A stretch of DNA of 64,000 bases, taken from assembly GCA_016183565.1 (NCBI GenBank), contig JACPEJ010000001.1, forward strand, positions 358,479 through 422,478, read 5' to 3'. The notes below the pieces were generated by a model. That model was not told the DNA's origin. It saw nothing but the letters and a program-made list of their open reading frames with translations, and did no database searches. Source of the stretch: Candidatus Blackburnbacteria bacterium (GTDB taxonomy: Bacteria; Patescibacteriota; Microgenomatia; UBA8517; UBA10165). Positions 19,116-28,620 of this stretch are shown here, one piece after another; positions within the stretch are counted from its first letter, which is position 1, and each line of letters starts with the position of its first letter. The position numbers and the translations under genes are program-made.

Positions 19116-21233
19116 CTACTCCCCGAAAGTGAAGATCCGGAGACCAATACTTGATAGGTCACAAGGATAATTTACAGGAGAAACTAGTCTTATATACTGA
19201 GCGTTATCTCCTGGAAAAAGAAAAACAAAATCTGCATTATATCCGGCTATTTCCCTCACAGAGAAATTATTTACACTCTCGTCTTTTTGAAAGTACTGAT
19301 CTCCGTCCGTAGAAATGTACACAGTTGCGCCAATTAACTTATTTTTACACTCATCCGAAGGAAAAGAAAAAGTCAAAGCCTTAAGCTTTTTTATTCTATA
19401 AAGCGAAATAAAAATTTCTTTTTTACCATCATAGGCAGAGTATGTTCTCTTGAATTGCTCACTTGTTCCTTCTATATTAAGACCTTCTTTAAGGTATTGC
19501 TTGTCATTTTTCCATATTTTTAAAACTGGAACACCATCCACTCTTACGGCATATACCTCGTTGAGAAAGTTATCTAAGTATTTATGTCTAAAAGTATTAC
19601 TGAATATATCTTGTCCAACAACAAGCGCCATTTGGTATTCTCCCTCTTGGTTGTAGCCGCTTCTGGAACCATTAGAAAAATCGATATCTTCTCGAAGAGA
19701 TAGGCGAGATATATTTTGTGCATTTCCAGAAACTAGTGCAAGTTTTGCTCTTAGTTCTGCATTTTGGTTTATCCACTTTACGCCTTGTAAGTAAGCGTTA
19801 CCGTAAGTATTTCCATATCCAGGGAAATCTTTTTCCGCTGCACCTTTTAGCCCTCCTATGAGAAAGTTAAAATAAACATTTTGGTTTGGATGTATTTTCC
19901 AAAGAGTCGAGAGTGTGGGTATAAAACCAGCTAAGATTAGAAGAGATACAATTAAGCTGATAATTTTTTTCTTTGGTCGTTGAGACAGAAAATACTTTGT
20001 CAGGATTTTAGCAATAAAGTTTCGCAAAAAAAGTGCGCCAACACTCGCTATCATTGCCATGGGTGCAACAAATTCCATAATTTGTCTTAACCCCCCATAT
20101 ATATTAGTTATTGAAAAAGTTACCCTAAGAATTGTAAAGTAAAAGAAAGTAAGCCAAAGAATAGTGACAGAACCTTTTTCCTTAAAACGAAAAACGCCAA
20201 CGATAGAACCTACAAGAAGCAGAAAAAGGGTAAAGGGGGGAATTGTATACAGGAAATATTTGATGCTAATAAGTTGTGTGCACTCTGTGAACCAGAATTT
20301 CGTTAAGGGAGAATGGGGACATGTTGGTCCGCCAATGTCTTTATAGTACATAACGACTTGATAAATTTTTTCTGCGGGATTAGGCCACAAAGCTGGCCAA
20401 GTCAGAAAGAAAACCAAAAATATGATTATTGGATAGATGGCAAGAGCAAGAAGCATTCTTTTTGAGAAGATCTGTTTTAGGCGGTGGTAGTTTGTGAATA
20501 GGTAGGCTGCAAACCAAGGGAAAAGAATAAATGGAGCAAATACAAAATTAAACTTTGTGCCGAACGATGCTCCTCCTGCTAACGCAGAGAGAATAAGGTA
20601 TAAAATCCTCTTTTTTGTAAATGACAGCCAAAAGAAATATAGAGAAATAATAAAAAACGTTGCCATTGGAGGGTCTTTGATATTAAAATGTTGTTCTGCA
20701 AAAAGAAGCGGAAGGGTGTAAATTGTTAGTACGGATATAATGGAAGCAAAGGTTCCGAAAGTTCGTTTTGCCCAAATAGAGACGGTTAAAGCCAGCAAAA
20801 ATGTGGTAAACACACTGTAGAGGTGATAACTGTCTATATCTTCGACCCAACCCAGATATTTGAAAAAGACTGTGTTGCTTGCCGCAAGCATCAAGTCACT
20901 AAAAGCAGGATGTCCGTAGGTGCCTTTTGCAACCCAGCTATTAAAGTCAAGAAGATTGCTTTCGTATTCACTAACACGCACTTTGCGATGTCTGTCGCAG
21001 ACTTCGCCCGTAGCCGCGTCTACGTGGGAGTTTAAATTATATTCACTTTTACAAAGACTGGGTAAATCGGAATAGTCCGTTTTATGAGATAAAATATAGC
21101 GTAAATAAGCTTGGCCGCGTGCAAAGTGAACTGGTGAATCCCAATTCATTCCATAGTCATATTGTGTTGTAAGGGCAACAATAAAAAACAGTATTGGAAT
21201 TAAAAAGGAGGAAAAGCGTTGGATTAAGGTCAT
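19116..21233 (-). CDS. large GT-C-fold-like polytopic membrane protein with a C-terminal extracytoplasmic domain (paralog A of an inverted pair)
   Basis: The N-terminus 'MTLIQRFSSFLIPILFFIVALTTQYDYGMNWDSPVHFARGQAYLRYILSHKTDYSDL' parallels the 25672 gene. 'NIYGGLRQIMEFVAPMAMIASVG' and 'NVYFNFLIGGLKGAAEKDFPGYG' are shared with it. ATG at 21233; the track starts at an upstream alternative start codon (21278). Confidence 0.55.
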   Translation of the reverse strand: MTLIQRFSSFLIPILFFIVALTTQYDYGMNWDSPVHFARGQAYLRYILSHKTDYSDLPSLCKSEYNLNSHVDAATGEVCDRHRKVRVSEYESNLLDFNSWVAKGTYGHPAFSDLMLAASNTVFFKYLGWVEDIDSYHLYSVFTTFLLALTVSIWAKRTFGTFASIISVLTIYTLPLLFAEQHFNIKDPPMATFFIISLYFFWLSFTKKRILYLILSALAGGASFGTKFNFVFAPFILFPWFAAYLFTNYHRLKQIFSKRMLLALAIYPIIIFLVFFLTWPALWPNPAEKIYQVVMYYKDIGGPTCPHSPLTKFWFTECTQLISIKYFLYTIPPFTLFLLLVGSIVGVFRFKEKGSVTILWLTFFYFTILRVTFSITNIYGGLRQIMEFVAPMAMIASVGALFLRNFIAKILTKYFLSQRPKKKIISLIVSLLILAGFIPTLSTLWKIHPNQNVYFNFLIGGLKGAAEKDFPGYGNTYGNAYLQGVKWINQNAELRAKLALVSGNAQNISRLSLREDIDFSNGSRSGYNQEGEYQMALVVGQDIFSNTFRHKYLDNFLNEVYAVRVDGVPVLKIWKNDKQYLKEGLNIEGTSEQFKRTYSAYDGKKEIFISLYRIKKLKALTFSFPSDECKNKLIGATVYISTDGDQYFQKDESVNNFSVREIAGYNADFVFLFPGDNAQYIRLVSPVNYPCDLSSIGLRIFTFGE

Positions 21234-21257
21234 GCTTGTACAAATAGGGCTTCGTAG

Positions 21258-21290
21258 TACCCTTAGACGTGGTATCATTATATACTAGTT
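21258..21290. promoter_or_regulatory. compact divergent promoter region for the 21233(-) and 21309(+) genes, with overlapping -10 elements
   Basis: The 75-bp intergenic space contains 'CATTATATACT'. This reads TATACT on the + strand (21281-21286) and TATAAT on the - strand (21277-21282). The -35 elements are weak. Confidence 0.3.
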
Positions 21291-21308
21291 GCTCAGGGGT
21301 AAAAGATA

Positions 21309-22316
21309 ATGATTGTAGTAAGAGCGCCGCTACGAGTAAGTTTTGTTGGTGGAGGTACAGACCTTGCCGATTTTTATACACGCACACCGGGCCGCGTAAT
21401 TTCAACAGCTATCGACAAATGGGTGTATTTAGTTATCAACAAAACTCCAATGATTGATAAAATATCAGCCCGTTATTCTATTACTGAAACTGTAGATAAG
21501 CTCGATGAGCTACAACATACTCGTATTAAAGCAGCATTACTCGACTTAGGGATTGAAAAAGGAATTGAGATTGGCTCATTTGCTTCACTTCCAGCTAAGA
21601 CTGGTTTGGGGTCTTCCTCCAGCTTTTCGGTTGCATTGATGAAGGGCCTCCATGCTTCTTTTGGGAGAAGCCTAACACCATACCAGGCTGCAGAAGAAGC
21701 ATGCCGGCTTGAGATTACGCTGTTGGGAGAACCTATAGGCAAGCAAGACCAATATGCAGCGGCTTTTGGTGGCTTGAACCGCATTCAATTTAATCCAGAC
21801 CATAGTGTGGAAGTCAAACCAATACTGATAAACTACCGTGTCCAATCAAAAATTGAAGATCATTTGCTTATGTTTTTTACGGGTATCACACGTTTTGCCT
21901 CGGAAATTCTGACAGAACAAAAAAACAATATTTATCAAAAATTCGACACCCTCTGTGAAATGGCCGACTCAACCTTTGATTTTGAAAAGATGCTTCTTGG
22001 GGGAGATGTAGAAGGTATGGCAAAGATGCTCCACAGTGGGTGGCTTCTCAAACGCTCTCTCGCATCCTCTGTCTCCAATTCTGCCATTGACAATCTTTAC
22101 AGTATTGGAGTAGGGGCGGGTGCATTGGGTGGAAAGGTGCTTGGTGCTGGCGGGGGTGGTTGTATTCTTTTTATAGTGCCTCCTAAAAAATGGAGTGGAG
22201 TATCTAAGGAGCTTTTGAAAGAATCGGCAAGGAATAGTCTTTCTCAAGCAAGAGTTATCCCTTTCCGTTTTGCTAATTTTGGAACTGAAGTTGTATTTGA
22301 TGACCAAATAACATAA
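21309..22316 (+). CDS. GHMP-family sugar kinase (heptose-7-phosphate-kinase / fucokinase-like)
   Basis: 'IVVRAPLRVSFVGGGTDLADFY', the GHMP motif 'PAKTGLGSSSSFSVALMKGL', and C-terminal 'GKVLGAGGGGCILFIVP'. Confidence 0.75.
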   Translation: MIVVRAPLRVSFVGGGTDLADFYTRTPGRVISTAIDKWVYLVINKTPMIDKISARYSITETVDKLDELQHTRIKAALLDLGIEKGIEIGSFASLPAKTGLGSSSSFSVALMKGLHASFGRSLTPYQAAEEACRLEITLLGEPIGKQDQYAAAFGGLNRIQFNPDHSVEVKPILINYRVQSKIEDHLLMFFTGITRFASEILTEQKNNIYQKFDTLCEMADSTFDFEKMLLGGDVEGMAKMLHSGWLLKRSLASSVSNSAIDNLYSIGVGAGALGGKVLGAGGGGCILFIVPPKKWSGVSKELLKESARNSLSQARVIPFRFANFGTEVVFDDQIT

Positions 22317-22326
22317 ATTAATAGTA

Positions 22327-22353
22327 TCAGCCATACCCAGCGGCTAGGGCTGA
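22327..22353. terminator. putative bidirectional hairpin between convergent genes
   Basis: TCAGCC(22327-22332)...GGCTGA(22348-22353) forms a 6-bp perfect stem with a 15-nt loop. It sits in the 59-bp space between the GHMP kinase (+) and epimerase (-) stops. The flanking U-tract is weak. Confidence 0.25.
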
Positions 22354-22375
22354 CTGACAAAAGAGAAATTACCTT

Positions 22376-23500
22376 TTATGTTTTCTTTGTTTTTCGTATA
22401 ACTCCCAATGCCATCATTTTTTTAAAAGCCTCGTCAGATCTATCTTCAATAGGTCCTAAACTCTCAAGATACTCCTTATACTGCTGCATGGACTTTTCCA
22501 AACTTACTTTAGGTTTCCAACCTAACTTGCTTATTGCCTTAATACTCGAAACCGTTGAGCGAGTATCACCCAATCGGAAAATACCTGGAATTTCTGGCTC
22601 TAAAGAGGAATCGAACATTCTTAATATTATCTTTGCGAAACTTAAGTTTGTATAACCTCGGCCACTTCCAACAAAGAAAACTCTATTGTTTGCCCGATTA
22701 TCTTCTAAAACTAATAAATTAGCTGCAGCAACATCATATACACTCACATAATCCTTAAGTCCTAAACCGTCTTCAAACAGAACGGGGCGTTTATTGTTTA
22801 AAATTCTTTGAGCAAATACTCGGGCTATTCCTGAGTAAGCGTTGTAAATTGAATTCCTTGGACCCTGCACGTAGGTATATCGCATGCACACTGTTGGTAT
22901 ACCGTGCTTTTTACCCAGTACATCAGCCAGTAATTCAATTACATACTTAGAAACACCATAAGTAGTAGTTGGCCGGGCGATGTCCTCTGTCATTAGAACG
23001 TTCTTTGCTGGTTTGCCACAATTCGGGCATTTCAAATCCCACTCACCCCTTTCTAGTTGCACTAAAGGACGTTGTACAGCCCAAAACTTACCGTGCACAG
23101 AGCATTTCCATTTCCCATCTCCTGCAACTGCCTGAGAGGAAGCAAAAATTATTTTCTTAATGGGGAGTTTGTGTTGTAATATAAGTTCAAACATGAGCGC
23201 GGAACTTTCTGTGTTAGTGTGTATGAAATGCGAAAAGTCAGGAAGATAATCTTGGTAGGCAGCTAAATGATAAACTGCGTCAACTCCTTTTAATCCTTTT
23301 AATAGATCCTTTGGATTTGCCACATCTCCTTTAATAAATTCCACTTCGTTGGGAATATAGTCAGGCTTGCCTTTTGGATGTACTCTTTCTTGGAGATTAT
23401 CTAAAATCTTGACGGAATATCCTTTTTTCAGAAGTAAATCTATTGTGTGAGACCCGATGAATCCAGCTCCACCGGTGACTAAAACCTTGTGATATTTCAT
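22376..23500 (-). CDS. NAD-dependent sugar epimerase/dehydratase (extended SDR) with an inserted Cys/His zinc-ribbon
   Basis: 'KVLVTGGAGFIGSHTIDLLLKKGYSVKILDNL' is the Rossmann fold, and 'YGVSKYVIE' is the catalytic YxxxK. The insert 'CSVHGKFWAVQRPLVQLERGEWDLKCPNCGKP' (C-x3-H...C-x2-C) lies between the catalytic Ser and Tyr regions. Confidence 0.8.
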   Translation of the reverse strand: MKYHKVLVTGGAGFIGSHTIDLLLKKGYSVKILDNLQERVHPKGKPDYIPNEVEFIKGDVANPKDLLKGLKGVDAVYHLAAYQDYLPDFSHFIHTNTESSALMFELILQHKLPIKKIIFASSQAVAGDGKWKCSVHGKFWAVQRPLVQLERGEWDLKCPNCGKPAKNVLMTEDIARPTTTYGVSKYVIELLADVLGKKHGIPTVCMRYTYVQGPRNSIYNAYSGIARVFAQRILNNKRPVLFEDGLGLKDYVSVYDVAAANLLVLEDNRANNRVFFVGSGRGYTNLSFAKIILRMFDSSLEPEIPGIFRLGDTRSTVSSIKAISKLGWKPKVSLEKSMQQYKEYLESLGPIEDRSDEAFKKMMALGVIRKTKKT

Positions 23501-23536
23501 GAACTATTCTAACATTAGAGTGATTTTTGAGCAAAC

Positions 23537-24313
23537 ATGGTTAAGTCTTTAACAAAGGGAGCCTGGATACTATTTTCTGAAAAGTTTGGAACTAGTATTT
23601 TGCACCCACAGTTTATATTGCTAAGGTTTCAGAGAGAGGTACTCGAAGAGGCGAAAAAGTATGCAAAAGGTAAGTTGGTGGATATAGGGTGCGGCCGGAT
23701 GCCTTATAGGAAAGAATTCGAACCTCTTGTGGAATCTTATATAGGTGTGGATCACCCGGAGGTTTCGAAACTTTATGGTCCAGATAATTCGCCGGAAGTG
23801 TTAGCAGATGCGAAGAAACTTCCTTTTAAGACTAATTCTTTTGACACTGCTTTGTTGCTTCAGGTGTTAGAGCATGTTGATGATCCAGAGAGGGTAATTA
23901 AAGAAGCCTCAAGAGTTTTAAAGCCGAACGGAGTGCTGATTGTTTCGGTACCCTTTTTTTATCCACTTCATGATATGCCTTACGACTGGGGTAGGTATAC
24001 AAGTGTGGCCTTAAAAAGTTTAATGAAGGGTGCATCTCTTCGTCTTGTTAAGATAAAGACACAAGGAGGGTTTTTTGAATTTTGGTTGCAAATGTTGAAC
24101 ACATTTCTTGTCAAGCGTATAAACGACATACTCTTGACTAATTTTGGGTTTCATTCTATTGTTTTACTTGTCGTTATTGTGGCTTTTTCCCTACCTATGT
24201 TTTTGTTTAATAATTTATTAATAGTAATTATTAGTTCTATGTCACGCCTGTTTCCCAAGTACCCTGATTATTTCCCATTAGGTTATTTAGTAGTTGCGAG
24301 GAAAAAGCCATGA
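23537..24313 (+). CDS. class I SAM-dependent methyltransferase (Methyltransf_11-like) with C-terminal TM helices
   Basis: 'VDIGCGRMPY' is motif I; 'LLQVLEHVDDPERVIKEASRVLKPNGVLIVSVP' is the post-II region. The hydrophobic C-terminus is 'IVLLVVIVAFSLPMFLFNNLLIVIISS'. Confidence 0.7.
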   Translation: MVKSLTKGAWILFSEKFGTSILHPQFILLRFQREVLEEAKKYAKGKLVDIGCGRMPYRKEFEPLVESYIGVDHPEVSKLYGPDNSPEVLADAKKLPFKTNSFDTALLLQVLEHVDDPERVIKEASRVLKPNGVLIVSVPFFYPLHDMPYDWGRYTSVALKSLMKGASLRLVKIKTQGGFFEFWLQMLNTFLVKRINDILLTNFGFHSIVLLVVIVAFSLPMFLFNNLLIVIISSMSRLFPKYPDYFPLGYLVVARKKP

Positions 24314-25539
24314 ACCGTCGGAAGATTAAAGTACTTGTTTTAACAAGCTCATTCCCTAGGTATAAGAATGATTGGTGGCAACGTACAATTTTGAGTATTT
24401 ATAGTAATATGGATCTGAAAAAATATTCTGTCACTGTTGTCGCTCCGTCGGGTCCAGACTCATTGATTTCAGAAAAAATTGGCGGAATAAATATTAGAAG
24501 GTTTAACTATTTTTACCCAAGATCTCTACAAGTTCTTACGTCTGGGGAGGGCATACTATATAGCGGTAAGAAAAATAGAATATTGGGTAAGGTCCAGATG
24601 TTTACTTTTATTCTTGCTGAATTCTTTACAGCTTTAAAGTCATTAATGCAAGAAGATTTCGACATTATACACGCAAATTGGATTATTCCCCAAGGTTTTA
24701 CAGCAGTTCTTTTGGGATTCATTTTCCATAAGAAAGTAGTAGTCACAGTACACGGTACAGATGTTTTTGCTTTGAAAAAACTGAATTTTATTAAAGCCTT
24801 TATTCTTAAATATTGTGATCTGTGTACTGCAAACAGTTCTGTTACCAGAGATGCCGTAAAAGAAATATACCCGAAGGCAAAAGTGGAGATAGCATACATG
24901 GGAGTTGACGTAAGGTTATTCAATCCGCTTAAGCGCAACAAATCGTGGATAGAAGGATTTGGAAACAATCCAAAAATAATTTTGGGCGTAGGAAGGTTGA
25001 TTAAATGGAAAGGCTTTGAATATCTAATAAAAGCATATGCCCAAGTTTTAAAGTCTGTTCCTAATGTAAAACTAGTTTTAATTGGCAAGGGTCCTGAAGA
25101 AGATGCTCTAAAAAAGTTGGCAAGCAAACTTGGCCTTAAAGAAAATGAAGAAATATTTTTTATGGGAACATTTGGACCTGACAAATTACCAACGATTTAC
25201 GCATCAAGCAATTTAGTCGTTTCACCATCAATAACAATTGCTAAAACCGGCGAAAAAGAAGGCCAGGGAAATGTTGTGCTGGAAGCACGAGCCTCAGGAG
25301 TTCCTGTAATAGCAAGTAGGTCAGGCGGACTTGTTGATACAGTCGATGGGAAAACAAATGGGCTTTTATTTGAAGAAAGAGACTATAAAGAACTAGCCAA
25401 AAAAATTATACTTATTCTTTCTGACGAGGTGTTAAAGAAGAGACTATCAAAAAACGGATTAAAGTATGTAAGAGAGAACTTCTTCTGGAAAAAGGCAAGT
25501 GCGAGATTTTGTGAGCTGTATGAAAGTATTCTCTCTTGA
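24310..25539 (+). CDS. GT4-family glycosyltransferase
   Basis: 'EGQGNVVLEARASGVPVIASRSGGLVDTVDGKTNGLLFEE'. ATGA overlap with the upstream gene. Confidence 0.8.
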   Translation: MNRRKIKVLVLTSSFPRYKNDWWQRTILSIYSNMDLKKYSVTVVAPSGPDSLISEKIGGINIRRFNYFYPRSLQVLTSGEGILYSGKKNRILGKVQMFTFILAEFFTALKSLMQEDFDIIHANWIIPQGFTAVLLGFIFHKKVVVTVHGTDVFALKKLNFIKAFILKYCDLCTANSSVTRDAVKEIYPKAKVEIAYMGVDVRLFNPLKRNKSWIEGFGNNPKIILGVGRLIKWKGFEYLIKAYAQVLKSVPNVKLVLIGKGPEEDALKKLASKLGLKENEEIFFMGTFGPDKLPTIYASSNLVVSPSITIAKTGEKEGQGNVVLEARASGVPVIASRSGGLVDTVDGKTNGLLFEERDYKELAKKIILILSDEVLKKRLSKNGLKYVRENFFWKKASARFCELYESILS

Positions 25540-25671
25540 CCTAAAAGGTCTATTTCTAGTTCCTTTGGGCTCCCTCTTGTTTTTAGTGATGGTGTTATTT
25601 GCCCTAAGTGGTTATGGTATTGGTTGGGATGAACCCCAATATATTATTCAAGGTTGGGCATGGGGAGGCAA

Positions 25672-27741
25672 ATGTTGAGTAACAAAGTTGTAGCTCTGTT
25701 TCTATCTTTTTTGTTTTTTATTTTGGGTTTAGCCACCCTATCGCACTATGGGATTAACTGGGATGCACCGAGCCACCTTATCCGAGGTCAGGCATATTTG
25801 CATTATTATCTGACAGGAAAAAAAGACTACACAGATATTGATCAATGGAATTTATATAGAGAAAAAGAAGAGGAGATTCGAATAAAAACTGCGCATGATA
25901 GTGTGCCAAGGTACAGACTTTATTTTCAACAGGTTGACACTATTTTTTTTAACCCCGATGTACCTAAAGATCAAGTTCCTCGAATAAGTATATACCAGAA
26001 CACAGGTAAGGATCTTAATGATGTAGTGGCGCATTATGACTATGGCCATCCTCACATAAGCGATGTTTTGTCTTCTGTATTTAATCTTGTATTTTTCCAA
26101 AAACTTGGCTTTTTAAATGACATAGACTCATATCGCGTTTATGGAGTTTTGCTCTCGAGCCTGCTTGTGGGCTTAGTATTTTGGTGGACTGCAAACTCAT
26201 ATGGGAAATTTTCTGGACTTGTTGCCGCATTGTCACTTTCCCTTTATCCACTTTTCTGGTCAGAATCGCACTTTAACAACGAGAAGGATATTCCACAGAC
26301 TGTTTATTGGAGTTTCCTGCTGTTTTCCGTGTGGCGTGGTATTACAACTAAAAGTTGGAAATGGATATTGACATCTGGGGTATTTTTTGGTCTTGCTCTA
26401 GGTAGTAAATTTAATGCCCTTTTTTCGATATTTGTCATTGTTCCATGGCTTACTCTGTATCTTGCTTCTAAGCGCAAGAGGTCCTTCTCTGTTGTCGCTT
26501 TTCTAAAAAGACACACTAAGTCTATTTTGGCTTTGGCTACTGCGCCAGTTTTAGGCCTCACCATCTTTTTTGGTACTTGGCCATATTTTTGGGTGGATCC
26601 GGTAGGTAAGATTACAAAAATGATAAATTTTTATGTAACTATAGGTATGGCTGACAATGTTGACCACCGCTTTCTTGGCCTGTTGGGGGTAAACACATAC
26701 CCGCTTCAGTGGATTTTGTATACTACTCCACTCGTGATCTTGTTTCTGTTTTTTGTGGGAGTTGGAGTAGCTGTGTCGAGATTGTTTCGGGAAGATAAAA
26801 TGCAGTCTTTGCTTTTTTTGCTATGGTTGACTGTACCCATAGCAAGAGTTACGTGGCCAGGTACTAATATATATGGTGGAGTGAGACAGATTATGGAGTT
26901 TATACCGGCCATAGCTATAATTGCGGGAGTCGGAGGAGGGCAACTTTGTAAGTGGGTAGGGGGTGGTTTGGGGAGGTGGGGAATTGGGGTGTATGGGCAG
27001 ACTTTTGGTGCTTCTCTTTTGATACTGGTGCTTTTTGTGCCGTTAACGCTAAAGCTTGTTGAGATTCACCCTAATGAGAATGTCTATTTTAATCCTTTAA
27101 TAGGGGGACTTAGAGGTGCTGAGGAACGGGATTTTCCGAGCTGGGGTGTTTCGTTTGGCGCCCCGTACAGAGAGGCTATTGAGTGGATAAATAAAAATGC
27201 TGAGCCAGGGGCAAAATTGACTCTCCCTGAGATATTGAGTAATATTCCGGGTGTATTTATTCGACCGGATATAGATTACGATTACAAAGGTGACAGTGGG
27301 TATCTTCAGCAAGGAGAATATGTGATATCACTTAGATTTGACGGGACTGAGAATCGGTCCTATTTTGACATGTACCTAGACAGAATGATTGAGCCGTTGT
27401 ACGAGATAAAAGTTGATGATGTCGCGATCCTCAAAATCTGGAAAAATGATAAAAGATATCTTAAAAAGGAGTGGAAAATTGAGAGCGTTTTGGATAAAAT
27501 CAAAGTTGTAAATAAAGACTCAGTTATTCTTTTTGACTTAGGCAAAGAGGTAAAACTGTCAAGGTTGGAATTGGAGTACGTAGAAAATTCCGCCTGCTCA
27601 GAGCTTTCTTGGGCTTATTTGATAGTTTCAAAAAACGGTAGAGACTGGGAGAGAGTTCCTGGAGTTTTACCAGAGGAGGTCAGGATCAAAGCCTTAGGTA
27701 TTCAGCCATCAGGAGGAAAGTTTATTGAGCCTTTCGCCTGA
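25672..27741 (+). CDS. large GT-C-fold-like polytopic membrane protein (paralog B, inverted relative to the 19116-21233 gene)
   Basis: 'INWDAPSHLIRGQAYLHYYLTGKKDYTDI', 'NIYGGVRQIMEFIPAIAIIAGVGGG' and 'NVYFNPLIGGLRGAEERDFPSWG' are shared with paralog A. GGAGG lies at 25664-25668 just upstream of ATG 25672; the track starts at TTG 25654. Confidence 0.55.
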   Translation: MLSNKVVALFLSFLFFILGLATLSHYGINWDAPSHLIRGQAYLHYYLTGKKDYTDIDQWNLYREKEEEIRIKTAHDSVPRYRLYFQQVDTIFFNPDVPKDQVPRISIYQNTGKDLNDVVAHYDYGHPHISDVLSSVFNLVFFQKLGFLNDIDSYRVYGVLLSSLLVGLVFWWTANSYGKFSGLVAALSLSLYPLFWSESHFNNEKDIPQTVYWSFLLFSVWRGITTKSWKWILTSGVFFGLALGSKFNALFSIFVIVPWLTLYLASKRKRSFSVVAFLKRHTKSILALATAPVLGLTIFFGTWPYFWVDPVGKITKMINFYVTIGMADNVDHRFLGLLGVNTYPLQWILYTTPLVILFLFFVGVGVAVSRLFREDKMQSLLFLLWLTVPIARVTWPGTNIYGGVRQIMEFIPAIAIIAGVGGGQLCKWVGGGLGRWGIGVYGQTFGASLLILVLFVPLTLKLVEIHPNENVYFNPLIGGLRGAEERDFPSWGVSFGAPYREAIEWINKNAEPGAKLTLPEILSNIPGVFIRPDIDYDYKGDSGYLQQGEYVISLRFDGTENRSYFDMYLDRMIEPLYEIKVDDVAILKIWKNDKRYLKKEWKIESVLDKIKVVNKDSVILFDLGKEVKLSRLELEYVENSACSELSWAYLIVSKNGRDWERVPGVLPEEVRIKALGIQPSGGKFIEPFA

Positions 27742-27802
27742 CAAGTTGCCAAGTTTATTGAAATTAAACTTAATCCAGAAAACTCTTGCCTTAAAAATGT
27801 TA

Positions 27803-27832
27803 TTGACTCACGTTTGTATTACTTTGAATAAT
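27803..27832 (+). promoter_or_regulatory. candidate sigma70-like promoter for the 27845 methyltransferase gene
   Basis: TTGACT(27803-27808), an 18-nt spacer, AATAAT(27827-27832), and 12 nt to the ATG. Confidence 0.3.
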
Positions 27833-27844
27833 TAAACAAAAATA

Positions 27845-28585
27845 ATGATATTTACTGACGACACCATAAAAAGAATTAAGAAAGACCCCTTTAGAGTAAT
27901 ATTTAGAGCATTTAATAAATATATTTTTGGGACAATGCGTTACAAAAAAGGAAAAGGTTATGATGCCGCCTTGTATTGGCAGGATCGTTTTAGTAAATAC
28001 AAAGACTCAATAAAGGGACCTGGCGACGAAGGTTTAACGGAAAAGGAAAATTTAGAAATGTATAACCAAGCGAAAAAAACTTTCCTAAAATTTTGTAAGG
28101 CAGAGAAAATATCATTTACAAAGTCAAAAGTTTTAGAAATTGGACCGGGTACGGGTTTTTACACAGGGATTCTTAAAAACTCTGGGGTAAAAAATTACAC
28201 AGGTCTTGATATAACCGATGTGGCTTTTAGCAAACTAAAGAAAGAATACCCCTATTTTAGGTTTATTAAACGCGATATAACAAAATTTTCTCCCACAGAA
28301 AAATATGATGTTGTGGTTATGATTGACGTTATCGAGCATATAGTAGAGGAAGAGAAACTTAAAAAAGCCATGGAGAATATAAGCAGATCTCTTGGATCAA
28401 AAGGAGTTTTTATTCTTGCACCGATTATGAGGAACAGTAAAAAGAAGTTCTTTTATGTTAGGTATTGGACACTAGAAGAGCTTGAAGTAATTCTCAAAAA
28501 TCATAAGTTTAGCAAACCTATACGATTCCGGAATGGATATTTGGTATCTGTAAGGCATAGATACAACTCGTTTCAAAACTCATAA
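27845..28585 (+). CDS. class I SAM-dependent methyltransferase
   Basis: 'VLEIGPGTGFYTG' is motif I; 'YDVVVMIDVIEHIVEEE' and 'SKGVFILAP' follow. Confidence 0.65.
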   Translation: MIFTDDTIKRIKKDPFRVIFRAFNKYIFGTMRYKKGKGYDAALYWQDRFSKYKDSIKGPGDEGLTEKENLEMYNQAKKTFLKFCKAEKISFTKSKVLEIGPGTGFYTGILKNSGVKNYTGLDITDVAFSKLKKEYPYFRFIKRDITKFSPTEKYDVVVMIDVIEHIVEEEKLKKAMENISRSLGSKGVFILAPIMRNSKKKFFYVRYWTLEELEVILKNHKFSKPIRFRNGYLVSVRHRYNSFQNS

Positions 28586-28620
28586 ATTGGTCTTATTAAA
28601 TTTTTTGAGACGAGATTGGA

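Noticed and set aside
26930-27000. A G-rich tract, 'gggtagggggtggtttggggaggtggggaattggggtg', considered as a potential G-quadruplex or regulatory element.
   Set aside because: It lies inside the 25672 CDS and encodes a Gly-rich loop ('GGGQLCKWVGGGLGRWGIGVYGQ'). Compositionally it matches an equivalent loop in paralog A. Nothing suggests a regulatory role.
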